64,000 nt of DNA from an uncultured delta proteobacterium. Its GTDB lineage: Bacteria > Myxococcota_A > UBA9160 > SZUA-336. The DNA lies in contig CAVPHD010000004.1 in the NCBI GenBank assembly GCA_963704165.1, positions 480,001 through 544,000 on the forward strand, given 5' to 3'. Positions within the stretch are counted from its first letter, which is position 1. Each line of letters opens with the position of its first letter. Under the pieces are notes generated by a model, which saw only the letters and a program-made list of their open reading frames with translations, was not told the origin of the DNA and ran no database searches. Of this stretch, positions 51,475 to 61,530 are shown piece after piece. The translations under genes were made by a program, and so were the position numbers.

Positions 51475-53091
51475 ATGCCGGTGCTGCGCTACAGCCGCTG
51501 GGACGGCACGCAGCGGCCGTTCTCGCTCGCCGCGGAGGCCGCGCTCGACGAGCTGGCGCGCCACCTGATGGAGGGCATGAGCGTCGACGAGGCGCTCTCC
51601 TGGATGCGCTATCAGGGCTTCGAGCTCGCCGGTCAGGACTTCCGCGTGATGGGCGTCGAAGAGCTGCTTCAGCAGCTCCGGCAGAGGGCGCGCGAGCTGA
51701 TGTCCGGCCGGAACATGGATCACGTCTTCGACGAGCGCTGGGCGCGACTGCAGGACGCGCTCGACCGCGAGCAGTCGGCGCTGCGCGGGCGACACGGAGA
51801 TGAGTCGCAGCGCCTGAACGAGTTCCGCGACCGGCGCGAGCCGCTGCCCAGGCGCCTGTCCGAGGCCCTGCGCCGCTTCGAGAGCCACGAGTGGGAGGAC
51901 GGAGACGCCGAGGCCGACTACCGCGAGCTGCTCGAGGAGCAGAACGAGATCCGCGCGCTCGAGGATTTCCAGGCGCGGAACCGTCAGCAGCTCCGCGGCG
52001 GGCAGAGCTTGAGCTTCGAGGAGGCGCTCGAGCTGATGCGGCAGGTCGAGCAGCTCGGTCAGATGGCCCGCAATCTCCTCGAGGGGAATTTCGAGTCGAT
52101 CTCGCTCGACGACCTGCGCGAGCTCGCGGGCGAAGAGGGCGTCGAGTCGCTCCTGATCCTGCGCGACCTGCGCGGACGTCTCGATCAGGCGGGCTACGTT
52201 CGCGACGGTTCGGGCGGGCTCGAGCTCACGCCGCGTGCGATCCGGCGCATCGGCGAGCTCGCGCTCGAGGACATCTACGGTGCGCTCAAGCGCGGCGCGC
52301 CCGGAGCACATGCGACCCTGCACCGCGGCGGTGGCGCGATCACGATCGAACGCAGCCGGCCGTACGTCTTCGGCGAGCCCGCGCACATCAACGCCGTGGC
52401 CACGGTGCGCAACGCGCTGCTTCGCGACCCCGCGCACGCGAGCGTGCCCGTCGCGATCGAACCTCAGGATCTCGAAGTCTGGGACACGGATCAACAGACC
52501 GACACGACGACGGTGCTCCTGCTCGACATGAGCTGGTCGATGTCGTGGTCGGGCCGCTGGCCGGCGGCCAAGCGCGTCGCGATCGCGATGGACCAACTGA
52601 TCCGGACACGGTACCCACGCGACCGATTCTTCACCGTCGGCTTCTACACGCGCGCCCGCGAGCTGCGGATTCCCGAGCTGCCCGAGCTGGTCTGGAACAT
52701 GGAGGACCCGTTCACGAACCTGCAGGACGGGCTTCGCGTCGCGCAGCGCCTGATCGATCGACATCCGTCGGCGAACAAGCAGATCATCGTGATCACCGAC
52801 GGCCAGCCGACCGCCTACTTCGTCGGCGAGGAGCTGCGCGTCGAATGGCCGAGTGGCGTGGGCGGTACGAGTCCGCGCGCGAACAAGGAGACGCTCGGCG
52901 AAGTCTCGCGCGTCACGCGCAAGGGCATCACGATCAACACGTTCATGCTCGACGACGCGCCGGAGCTGATGCACTTCGTCGAGGCGATGACCCGGATCAA
53001 CAAGGGTCGTGCCTTCTACACCACGCCGGGTCAGATCGGCGAGTACGTGATGGTCGACTACCTGTCGCGGAAACGCCGGAAGATCCGCTGA
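51475..53091 (+). CDS. VWA-domain protein, partner of the upstream ATPase
   Basis: YSRWDGTQ, LTPRAIRRIGE, MIDAS DMSWS, TNLQDG, ITDGQPTA and INTFML. Confidence 0.88.
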   Translation: MPVLRYSRWDGTQRPFSLAAEAALDELARHLMEGMSVDEALSWMRYQGFELAGQDFRVMGVEELLQQLRQRARELMSGRNMDHVFDERWARLQDALDREQSALRGRHGDESQRLNEFRDRREPLPRRLSEALRRFESHEWEDGDAEADYRELLEEQNEIRALEDFQARNRQQLRGGQSLSFEEALELMRQVEQLGQMARNLLEGNFESISLDDLRELAGEEGVESLLILRDLRGRLDQAGYVRDGSGGLELTPRAIRRIGELALEDIYGALKRGAPGAHATLHRGGGAITIERSRPYVFGEPAHINAVATVRNALLRDPAHASVPVAIEPQDLEVWDTDQQTDTTTVLLLDMSWSMSWSGRWPAAKRVAIAMDQLIRTRYPRDRFFTVGFYTRARELRIPELPELVWNMEDPFTNLQDGLRVAQRLIDRHPSANKQIIVITDGQPTAYFVGEELRVEWPSGVGGTSPRANKETLGEVSRVTRKGITINTFMLDDAPELMHFVEAMTRINKGRAFYTTPGQIGEYVMVDYLSRKRRKIR

Positions 53092-54791
53092 TGCCCGCGA
53101 GAACGAGGGGCGGCGCGAACGCGGCGGCCCAGGCACTGCGTGCGGCGCGCAACGTCGGGAGCTGGGCGCGCGACGCGGCGACGCTGCCGACCGCCCTTCG
53201 CGTCCCGCGCGACTGGCTCGCGATCGGTCTCGAGCGCGGCATCGCCGAAGCTCCCTCGACCTTGCCGCGCTTCCTGCAGCAAGGGCGTGCGCGGGTGCCG
53301 TTGCTCGTGCTCGACGAAGCGCTCACCCGCGCCGCCCGCGACGAGCGGGTCCGCGGGGTGATCGTCAAGCTCGGGCAGGCGCCGCTCGGGTTCGCGCGCG
53401 CGGCCGAGCTCGCGCGCGCGTTCGCGCGGCTGCGCGGCGCGGGGAAACGCGTCGTCGTCTGGGCGGCATCGACCGGAAACGCCGGCGCCTGGCTCGGTGG
53501 ACTCGCCGATCGCTTCTGGCTCGCACCCGAAGGCCGTCTCGACCTCGTCGGGCTTCGCGTCGAGAGCGTCTTCCTGCGCCGGGCGTTGGACCGTCTGCGC
53601 GTCCGGCCCGACGTGTTCGCAACCGGAGAGTACAAGTCCGCCGGCGAGATGTTGGAGCGCGACTCACTCTCCGATCCCGCGCGCGAAGCGCTCGAGGCCA
53701 CGGTCGACGATCTGTACGAGGCGCTCATTGCGGGACTCGCCTCCGGCCGCGCCGGCAGCGACGAGCGTGCGCGTGCGTGGGTCGACGCGGGTCCCTATAC
53801 GGCGAACGAGGCGAGGGCGTCCGGCATCGTCGATGACCTGCTCTACGCGGACGAGCTGCCGGCCAGGCTCGCAGCTCTCGAGGACGGGAGTGAAGCCAAG
53901 AGCGAGCCGGTGGGGGATGCGTCGGAGCCGCGTGAGGCGCGGCTGATCTCACTGGGTGCGTACCTGCGCGTCGCGCGAAAGCGCTTCGTCTGGCAGCCGG
54001 TCCGGTCCGGTGGCACGGAGATCGCCGTGGTTCCGCTGCTCGGCGCGATCCGACCGGGCGCAGGCGAGCCCTCCGGATGGGTCGGCGTGTTGCGCTCGCT
54101 GCGTGAGCGCGAGCAGGTTCGAGCGGTGGTGCTGCGCATCGACAGCCCCGGTGGCGATCCGCTCGCCTCCGATCTGCTCTGGCGCGCCGTTCGCTTGCTC
54201 GCGGAGCGGAAGCCCGTGATCGCGAGCCTCGCCGACACGGCGGCGTCGGGCGGGTACTACGTCGCGATGGCGGCGCACGAGATCGTCGCCGATCCGTGCA
54301 GCCTCACCGGCTCGATCGGGGTCGTGCTCGCAGGCCTCGAGATCGACGGCCTGCTGGACTGGATGGGCATCTCGCTCGACGGTGTGCAGCGGGGCAAGCA
54401 CGCGGGCATCCACGACCTCTCGCGCCCGCGCACGCCCGAAGAACGCGCGCTCCTCCACCGCCAGGTCGAAGGCATCTACGCGCGCTTCGTCGGCAAGGTC
54501 GCCGAGTGCCGCGGGAAATCCGAGGTCGAGATCGAAGCCGTCGCCCGGGGCCGAGTCTGGACCGGGCGCCGAGCGCACGATCGCGGGCTGGTCGATTCGC
54601 TCGGCGGGCTCGACGCCGCACTCGTCCGCGCGCGCTCCCGCGCCGGGCTCGAAGGCGACGCGGGGGACGTCTACTACTACACGCCGAACGTCCGACCCTG
54701 GGAACGGTTTCTCACGCGTCGTCCATTCGAGGCGCGCGCACGCGCATTCGCCCCGGAGCTCTGGTGTCCGATCCGCATCCCGTTGCGCTAG
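53091..54791 (+). CDS. sppA: Signal peptide peptidase SppA (S49, long form)
   Basis: GEYKSA, LRIDSPGG, AASGGYY, TGSIGV and GRVWTG. Confidence 0.9.
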   Translation: MPARTRGGANAAAQALRAARNVGSWARDAATLPTALRVPRDWLAIGLERGIAEAPSTLPRFLQQGRARVPLLVLDEALTRAARDERVRGVIVKLGQAPLGFARAAELARAFARLRGAGKRVVVWAASTGNAGAWLGGLADRFWLAPEGRLDLVGLRVESVFLRRALDRLRVRPDVFATGEYKSAGEMLERDSLSDPAREALEATVDDLYEALIAGLASGRAGSDERARAWVDAGPYTANEARASGIVDDLLYADELPARLAALEDGSEAKSEPVGDASEPREARLISLGAYLRVARKRFVWQPVRSGGTEIAVVPLLGAIRPGAGEPSGWVGVLRSLREREQVRAVVLRIDSPGGDPLASDLLWRAVRLLAERKPVIASLADTAASGGYYVAMAAHEIVADPCSLTGSIGVVLAGLEIDGLLDWMGISLDGVQRGKHAGIHDLSRPRTPEERALLHRQVEGIYARFVGKVAECRGKSEVEIEAVARGRVWTGRRAHDRGLVDSLGGLDAALVRARSRAGLEGDAGDVYYYTPNVRPWERFLTRRPFEARARAFAPELWCPIRIPLR

Positions 54792-55381
54792 CGCCGGTCG
54801 TCTCCGCCGAGACGCTGCGCGAGCGGGGCCTGCGCGCGTGTCTCGGCGCGGAGCGGGTCGTGCTCGAGCTCGGATTCGGCCGCGCGGAGCTCTTGCTCGA
54901 CCTCGCCGAGTCGAATCCGAAGCGCGTGTATCTCGGCGTCGAGGTGTCGCGCAAGCGTGTCGAGAAGGCGGGAAAGCGCGCGCAGCGGCGCGAGATCGCG
55001 AACGTCTTCATGATCCACGCGCCGGCCGAGTACGTGCTCGAGCGCGTGCTGCCCGCGGACTCGGTCGAGGAGTGCTGGGTGAACTGCCCGGATCCCTGGC
55101 CGAAGAAGCGCCACTGGCGGCGGCGGCTCGTGCAGGCGCCGCTCATCGAATCGCTCGCACGCATCCTCCGTGCCGACGCGCTCCTGCACGTCGCGACCGA
55201 CCACGAGGGCTATCGCGACTGGATCGCAGAGGTCTTCGCCAACCAGACCGCGTTCGTGAACCTGCACGCACCCGTGCCTTTCGTTTCGATGCAACCGGAT
55301 CGCCGCGAGACCGCCTACGAAGCCGAGTGGCGCGCGGAAGGTCGCACGATCGCGTACTTCGACTATCGTAGATCCAAGTGA
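54764..55381 (+). CDS. trmB: tRNA (guanine-N7)-methyltransferase
   Basis: LELGFG, PDPWPKKRH.RRRL, ATD and TAYE. Confidence 0.9.
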   Translation: MSDPHPVALAPVVSAETLRERGLRACLGAERVVLELGFGRAELLLDLAESNPKRVYLGVEVSRKRVEKAGKRAQRREIANVFMIHAPAEYVLERVLPADSVEECWVNCPDPWPKKRHWRRRLVQAPLIESLARILRADALLHVATDHEGYRDWIAEVFANQTAFVNLHAPVPFVSMQPDRRETAYEAEWRAEGRTIAYFDYRRSK

Positions 55382-56442
55382 ACTCCCTGCTCGCCCGCAC
55401 CCCCGACGAGCTGCGCGCAGCGTTCGCCGCCGAAGGCGTGCCCGGCTTCCGGGCCGCTCAGGTTTCGAACTGGCTGTACGCGCGACACGTCCGCGACTTC
55501 GAGGCGATGGCCAACCTGCCGCGCGCGCTTCGCGCGTCGCTCGCCGCGACGTGGGATCCGCGGGCGCTCGAGCGACTGGCTTTGCACACGGCGTCGGACG
55601 GCACGCGCAAGCTCGTGCTCGGCACGCGCGACGGCGCGCGTATCGAAGCCGTGCTGATCCCCGAGGGCCGCCGACAGACGCTCTGCGTCTCGTCACAGAT
55701 CGGCTGCAGCCTCGACTGCTCCTTCTGTGCGACCGGCCGCATGGGATTCGGACGGAATCTGCGCGCCGAGGAGATCGTCGATCAGGCGCTCCACGCCAGC
55801 GAAATCCTCGCGGCGGACGGGCACGCGCTGACCCACGTCGTCTTCATGGGCATGGGCGAGCCGCTTCTGAATCTCGCCGCCGTCGTGCAGGCGATCCGCG
55901 TGCTCACGCACGGCGAAGCGTTCGCGCTCTCACCCAAACGCATTACGGTGTCGACCGCGGGTGTCGTGTCGAAGCTGGCCGAGCTCGGCCGGGCTTCGCC
56001 CGTGCGCCTGGCCGTCTCGCTCCACGCCACCACGGACGCGCTTCGCGACGAGCTCGTGCCGCTGAACCGCCGCTTTCCGCTCGCGGCCCTGCTCGAGGCC
56101 TGCGCGGCGTACCCCGTGGCGAAGCGCGACCGCCTCTCGTTCGAGTACGCGCTGCTCGCGGGCGTGAACGACAGCGATGCGGACGCGCGGAGGCTCGCGC
56201 GGATCGCGCTCGACATCCGCGCCAAGCTGAATCTGATCCCGATGAACGAGCACCCCTCGAGTCCGTACCGCCGGCCGACGGAGGCGCGCATCGACGCCTT
56301 TCTCGCCGTCTTGACCGAAGCCGGCGTCCAGGTAACGGTTCGGCGCTCGCGCGGGGACGACATCCTCGCCGCGTGCGGCCAGCTCGGCGCGCTCTCCGAG
56401 TCGCAGGACCGCGCGACAAGCCGAGATGCGGTCGGCCGATAA
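55378..56442 (+). CDS. rlmN: 23S rRNA m2A2503 radical SAM methyltransferase
   Basis: CVSSQIGCSLDCSFCATG, FMGMGEP, SLHA and AACGQL. Confidence 0.95.
   Translation: MNSLLARTPDELRAAFAAEGVPGFRAAQVSNWLYARHVRDFEAMANLPRALRASLAATWDPRALERLALHTASDGTRKLVLGTRDGARIEAVLIPEGRRQTLCVSSQIGCSLDCSFCATGRMGFGRNLRAEEIVDQALHASEILAADGHALTHVVFMGMGEPLLNLAAVVQAIRVLTHGEAFALSPKRITVSTAGVVSKLAELGRASPVRLAVSLHATTDALRDELVPLNRRFPLAALLEACAAYPVAKRDRLSFEYALLAGVNDSDADARRLARIALDIRAKLNLIPMNEHPSSPYRRPTEARIDAFLAVLTEAGVQVTVRRSRGDDILAACGQLGALSESQDRATSRDAVGR
56416..56442 (+). promoter_or_regulatory. sigma28/FliA-like promoter candidate
   Basis: ACAAG-N14-GCCGATAA ending 9 nt before the ATG at 56452. Confidence 0.35.
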
Positions 56443-56451
56443 GACCGTCGA

Positions 56452-57120
56452 ATGCTCTACGCCATCGGCGATATTCACGGCATGCGCGACGAGCTCGCCA
56501 AGCTGATCGAGCTCCTGCCGCTCGAGCCGGGCGACCGGCTGATCTTCATCGGCGATTACGTCGATCGCGGGCCGGACCCGAAGGGCGTCGTCGACTATCT
56601 GATCGAACTCGCACGGCAACGCGAGTGCATCTTCCTGATGGGCAACCACGAGTCGATGTTCCTGTCGTTCATCGGCTGGCAGGGGCCGAACTACTTCGGG
56701 AAAGAGGCCTTCCTGCACAACGGGGGAGAGACGACGCTGGCGAGCTACGGCTACTTCGAGTTCGACGGCAGCTTCGAGCTTCCTCCCGACCATGAACGCT
56801 TCTACCGCGACCTGCGGATCTGGCACCTCGAGGGCGAGTACGCGTTCGTCCACGCGGGACTCTCGAAGTCGGCGCTCGGGCTCTCCGACCCGAAGTACGC
56901 GCTCTCGCGAGAGCGGGTCAAGGATCTGCTCTGGCAGCGCGAGACGGCGGACCTTCCGCACAGCCTCGGCGTGACGACCGTCTACGGCCACACGCCGCTT
57001 CCCGACTTTGGGGTAAGATGGAACGTGCCGTACTCGATCGGGATCGACACGGGCGCGGTCTACGGCGGACCGCTCTCCGCGATCCGGCTGCCCGACGAGA
57101 CGATCTTCCAGACCTCCTGA
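56452..57120 (+). CDS. Metallophosphoesterase (PPP/PphA-like Ser/Thr phosphatase family)
   Basis: GDIHG, GDYVDRG, GNHE, HAG, GHTP and IDTG. Confidence 0.93.
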   Translation: MLYAIGDIHGMRDELAKLIELLPLEPGDRLIFIGDYVDRGPDPKGVVDYLIELARQRECIFLMGNHESMFLSFIGWQGPNYFGKEAFLHNGGETTLASYGYFEFDGSFELPPDHERFYRDLRIWHLEGEYAFVHAGLSKSALGLSDPKYALSRERVKDLLWQRETADLPHSLGVTTVYGHTPLPDFGVRWNVPYSIGIDTGAVYGGPLSAIRLPDETIFQTS

Positions 57121-58262
57121 TGCACTTCACCCCCGAACACGAACAGATCCGCGACACCGTCCGGCGCCTCGCCGAGGAAGAGCTCGCTCCGATCGCGGCT
57201 CGCGTCGATGCGGACGACTGGTTCCCGCGCGACTTCTTCGCGCGCCTCGGGGAGATCGGCGCGCTCGGCGTGCTCGTGCCCGAGGAGTTCGGCGGCAGCA
57301 ACGGCGACTACATCGGCGCGACGCTGATCATGGAGGAGCTCGCGCGTCACAGCGGTTCGGTCGCGCTCTCCTACGGCGCCCACGCGGTCCTGTGCGTCGG
57401 CGCGATCGCCCGCGACGCGACCGACGATCAGAAGCAGCGTGTCCTGCCGAGGCTCTGCACGGGCGAGGCGATCGGCGCCTGGGCGCTCACCGAGCCGGGC
57501 TCCGGCTCCGACGCGCTCGGGATGCGAACGCGCGCCATCCGCGAGGGCGACGTCTACGTCCTGGACGGGAGCAAGACCTTCATCACCAACGGCTCCGAGG
57601 CCGAGACGCTCGTCGTCTACGCGCTCACCGATCCGACCCTCGGGGCGCACGGAGTCTCGACGTTTCTGGTCGATGGAAAGACGCCCGGATTCTCGTGCAG
57701 CCGGAAGCTCGACAAGATGGGCATGCGCGGCAGCCCGACCGCGGAGCTCCGGCTCGACGGCGTGCGCGTTCCCGTCGCCGATCGGCTCGGAGACGAGAAC
57801 CGCGGCGTCGCGATGATGATGCGCGGCCTCGACGTCGAGCGCGCGACGCTCTCGGGGATCTCGGTCGGGCTCGCGCAGGCCGCCCTCGACCACGCGCTTC
57901 GCTACGCGCGCGAGCGCGAGCAGTTCGGGCGGCCGATCGCCGACTTCCAGATGATCCAGAAGATCCTCGCCGACATGTACGTCGAGCTCACCGCCGCGCG
58001 GCTGCTCGTCTACGAAGCTGCGGAGCTGTGCATCCGCCAGAGCGGTGGAGTCTCGAAGCTGGCCTCGGCCGCGAAGCTGTTTTCATCGGAGATCGCCACG
58101 CGCGCGGGTCTCGCCGCGGTTCAGGTCTTCGGCGGCTACGGCTACACGCGCGACTATCCCGTGGAGAGAATCGCGCGCGATGCGAAGCTGATGGAGATCG
58201 GTGCGGGCACGTCCGAGATCCAGCGCACGATCATCGCGCGCGAGCTGATCAAGGGGCGCTAG
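57120..58262 (+). CDS. Acyl-CoA dehydrogenase (isovaleryl-CoA dehydrogenase-like)
   Basis: [33 protein letters not shown] and [11 protein letters not shown]. Confidence 0.92.
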   Translation: MHFTPEHEQIRDTVRRLAEEELAPIAARVDADDWFPRDFFARLGEIGALGVLVPEEFGGSNGDYIGATLIMEELARHSGSVALSYGAHAVLCVGAIARDATDDQKQRVLPRLCTGEAIGAWALTEPGSGSDALGMRTRAIREGDVYVLDGSKTFITNGSEAETLVVYALTDPTLGAHGVSTFLVDGKTPGFSCSRKLDKMGMRGSPTAELRLDGVRVPVADRLGDENRGVAMMMRGLDVERATLSGISVGLAQAALDHALRYAREREQFGRPIADFQMIQKILADMYVELTAARLLVYEAAELCIRQSGGVSKLASAAKLFSSEIATRAGLAAVQVFGGYGYTRDYPVERIARDAKLMEIGAGTSEIQRTIIARELIKGR

Positions 58263-58274
58263 GGCGCGCTTCGA

Positions 58275-60266
58275 TCAGCTCGCCTTCTCGACGATCGGGA
58301 TCACGAGCACCACCCCCGGCACGAGCTTCGCGAGATCGACGTCGGGGTTGTAGCGTCGGATCAGCCACGTCGGCACGGCGTACTTCTTGTGCGACAGCAG
58401 CCAGAGCGTTTCCCCCGGTCGCAGCTTGTGCTCGACCGTGGTCGCGACGCGGAAGCTGCCGAAGAAGTCCTCCTCGATTCCCTTGTGGAACTCGAGGCGG
58501 CGCTGAAGGAAGACCTCGGCGGTGACTTTCGCGAAGTCGAGCTTCAGGCTCTGGCCGACCCGGATGGCGCGCCCCCTCTTCAGCTTGTTCAACGCGATCA
58601 GACGCTGTGGGGTGACCTGCAGCCAGTCCGCGAAGTGGCCGAGCGTCTCGCCGGCATCGACGATCACCCGGTCGCCATCGACGCGGAGGAAGTCCGAGCT
58701 GTCGGGCGCCAGCGGTGGAACGGGTGCAGGAGGACTCACGGCGGCGACGAGGGGGGCAGGCGGCGCCTCGGCCGAAGCGCGCGCCGTCGGCTCTGCGGAC
58801 GTCTTGGGCGCAGGCTTCGGCAGCGTCGAGGCCTGCGCCGTCCGCACGACCTCGAAGGCGGGCTTGGATGCGGGAGCCGCGCCCGCGCGATCGGGAAGCT
58901 GGAGCACCTGGCCGGGGTAGATCGTCTTTCGCGCGCCGATGTCGTTCTCGGCCACGAGTGCGGCGACGCTGGTGCGGTGGCGCTGGGCGATCCGGCCGAG
59001 TGAATCGCCACGCCGAACGGTGTAGTAGCGGTTCTCGTGCTGGGTCGCGTGCCGGCTCGCCTTCGGCACGGCGGCGAGCCAGGTCGAAGCGTCCCCGACG
59101 ACGGTGCCCGCGGGGAGCCGAAGCGTGTAGCCTTTCGGGATCCGTTTGTCGGAGCGGAGCACCGGCGGACGCAGGGCCGGGTTCAGCGCCGCGATCGTCT
59201 CGCGCGACACCCCGAGGCCCGCCTCGAGATCGGCGACGTCCGCGTAGAAGGGCAGCACGACGGAATCGACCACGCGCGGTTCGTCGCGAACGAGCGGGCC
59301 GAAGTACGACTCGTAGCTGGGCAGGATCTTTCGCGCGGCGAGGAACTGCGCGTAGAAGTTCCTCGACGCGAATCCGAAGGTGGGGCCGTCGTAGCGCGCG
59401 ACGATCACGTCGATCTTGCTCGTGCCGAGCTTCTTGACCGCGCGGTTCATGCCGGCCGCACCGTGGTTGTAGGCGGTGAGCGCGAGCGGCCAGTTTCCGA
59501 GCACGGAGTAGTTCTCGCGCAGGAGTCGCGCCGCGGCATCGGTCGCGGTCACCGGGTCGAGGCGCTCGTCGACCACGTAATCGACCTTCATGAAGCGTTT
59601 GCCGGTGCTGCGCATGAACTGCCAGACACCCGCGGCGCCGTACTTCGAATACGCGTGCACGTTGAACGACGACTCGACGTGGGGCAGGTACGCCAGATCC
59701 TCGGGCATGCCGCGGTCCCGGAAGTGGGCGCGCATCTCGGCCTCGTATCCGCCGGAGACGATCACGCCCTCGCGGAACTTGTCGCGCTGCCCGAGCTGGA
59801 AGCGCAGGCGCTCTCGCGCCTCGCGGAAGTCGCCGCGTCTGGGCGCGCGGCCGAGCGCTGCCTCGAAGGCGAGCAAGACCTCGCGCTCGCGGTCGTCGCG
59901 CGCCTCGGAGCCGGCGGAAAAGCGATCGAGCGCGGCGCGCCAGCGATCCTTCGAGTTCTCGACGATCGCCTCGCGTCTTCGCGCGTTCCGTTCGCCCTCG
60001 AAGCGCAGCACGTCGTAGACCACGCCGAGATTTCGCGCATCGTGCAGGAAGCCGCCGTCGGTGCTCGATTCCAGATACACCCGCATCCAGAAGGCGACGG
60101 CCGGCCGCAGGCTCTCCGGCTCCGGGAACGGATCGCTCGGAGCCGCCGCTTGCGCGCGCAGACCCGCGCATACGCAAATCAGCGCAACGATGCCGAACAC
60201 GCGCGGGAATCCACTCACGAATCCTACCCCCGACCGACAAGCCCTCTTCGTCGCCACGACGAGCAC
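58275..60266 (-). CDS. MltD-like lytic transglycosylase with LysM domains (start uncertain)
   Basis: HVESSF, AAGVWQFM and TAYNHG; LysM repeats YTVRRGDSL, GETLGH and PGETLW. Confidence 0.9.
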   Translation of the reverse strand: MLVVATKRACRSGVGFVSGFPRVFGIVALICVCAGLRAQAAAPSDPFPEPESLRPAVAFWMRVYLESSTDGGFLHDARNLGVVYDVLRFEGERNARRREAIVENSKDRWRAALDRFSAGSEARDDREREVLLAFEAALGRAPRRGDFREARERLRFQLGQRDKFREGVIVSGGYEAEMRAHFRDRGMPEDLAYLPHVESSFNVHAYSKYGAAGVWQFMRSTGKRFMKVDYVVDERLDPVTATDAAARLLRENYSVLGNWPLALTAYNHGAAGMNRAVKKLGTSKIDVIVARYDGPTFGFASRNFYAQFLAARKILPSYESYFGPLVRDEPRVVDSVVLPFYADVADLEAGLGVSRETIAALNPALRPPVLRSDKRIPKGYTLRLPAGTVVGDASTWLAAVPKASRHATQHENRYYTVRRGDSLGRIAQRHRTSVAALVAENDIGARKTIYPGQVLQLPDRAGAAPASKPAFEVVRTAQASTLPKPAPKTSAEPTARASAEAPPAPLVAAVSPPAPVPPLAPDSSDFLRVDGDRVIVDAGETLGHFADWLQVTPQRLIALNKLKRGRAIRVGQSLKLDFAKVTAEVFLQRRLEFHKGIEEDFFGSFRVATTVEHKLRPGETLWLLSHKKYAVPTWLIRRYNPDVDLAKLVPGVVLVIPIVEKAS

Positions 60267-60368
60267 GCTTGAGATCTCGCAAGGTAACAGACGCGCCAGA
60301 CGCGGCCGCCCCGGTGGTATGCTCGCCGGTCTCCAGGTGAGTGGTGTGGAGTCGGAGGAGCGTGGCGC

Positions 60369-61511
60369 ATGGGTCCTTTGTCAGGAATCCGGATTCTCGA
60401 GTTCGCAGGCATCGGTCCAGGACCGTTCTGCGCGATGCTGCTCGCGGACATGGGTGCCGAAGTGGTGCGCATCGATCGCGCACAGAACGCCCGCGGCGGC
60501 GATCCGGCGAAGCCGCCCTCCGACCCGCTCCTGCGCGGCCGACGCAACATCGCCCTGGACTTGAAGCAACCTCAGGCGATCGAGGCCGTGCTCCGGCTCG
60601 TCGCAGGTGCGGACGCGCTGATCGAGGGATTTCGTCCCGGCGTGATGGAGCGCCTCGGTCTGGGTCCCGACGTCTGTCTCGCGCGGAATCCGCGCCTCGT
60701 CTACGGCCGCATGACCGGCTGGGGGCAGGACGGCCCGATGGCCCAGGCCGCCGGCCACGACATCAACTACATCGCGCTCGCCGGTGCGCTCGAGCCGATC
60801 GGACGCAGGGGCGAGCCGCCACTTCCGCCGCTGAACCTCGTCGGCGATTTCGGCGGCGGTGGGATGTTGCTCGCGTTCGGTGTGCTCGCGGCTCTTCTCG
60901 AAGCCAGGAGCTCCGGGAAGGGACAGGTGGTCGATGCGGCGATGGTCGATGGCGCTGCGCTGCTGATGTCGATGTTCTGGGGCATGCGGCACTCGGGATT
61001 CTGGAGCGAGGAACGCGGCACGAACCTGCTCGACACCGGCGCGCACTTCTACGAGGTCTACGAGTGTGCCGACGGCAAGTACATCTCGCTCGGCTCGATC
61101 GAGCCGCAGTTCTACGCGGAGCTCCTGAAGCTCTCGGGCCTTGGCGACGAGAAGCTGCCCTCGCAGATGGATCGATCGCAGTGGCCGGCGATGAAGGAAC
61201 GGGTCGCGGCCCTGGTGAAGACCCGCTCGCGCGACGAGTGGTGCCGGATCATGGAGGGCAGCGACGTCTGCTTCGCGCCCGTGCTCGCGATGAGCGAGGC
61301 ACCCGCGCACCCGCACAACGCCGCGCGCGAGACCTTCGTCGAGATCGCCGGCATGACGCAGCCCGCGCCCGCGCCACGCTTCAGCCGCACGAAGCCCGAG
61401 ATCGCTCGGCCGCCCGCTCACGCGGGGCAGCACAGCCTCGAGGTGCTCGCGGGTTGGGGATTCTCGGAGGCCGAGATCCGCGCGCTGCGGGAGTCCAAGG
61501 CGATCGTCTGA
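60369..61511 (+). CDS. CaiB/BaiF family CoA-transferase (alpha-methylacyl-CoA racemase-like)
   Basis: [28 protein letters not shown] and GDFGGGG. Confidence 0.93.
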   Translation: MGPLSGIRILEFAGIGPGPFCAMLLADMGAEVVRIDRAQNARGGDPAKPPSDPLLRGRRNIALDLKQPQAIEAVLRLVAGADALIEGFRPGVMERLGLGPDVCLARNPRLVYGRMTGWGQDGPMAQAAGHDINYIALAGALEPIGRRGEPPLPPLNLVGDFGGGGMLLAFGVLAALLEARSSGKGQVVDAAMVDGAALLMSMFWGMRHSGFWSEERGTNLLDTGAHFYEVYECADGKYISLGSIEPQFYAELLKLSGLGDEKLPSQMDRSQWPAMKERVAALVKTRSRDEWCRIMEGSDVCFAPVLAMSEAPAHPHNAARETFVEIAGMTQPAPAPRFSRTKPEIARPPAHAGQHSLEVLAGWGFSEAEIRALRESKAIV

Positions 61512-61530
61512 TTCGAAAATCGGTCGCGCG

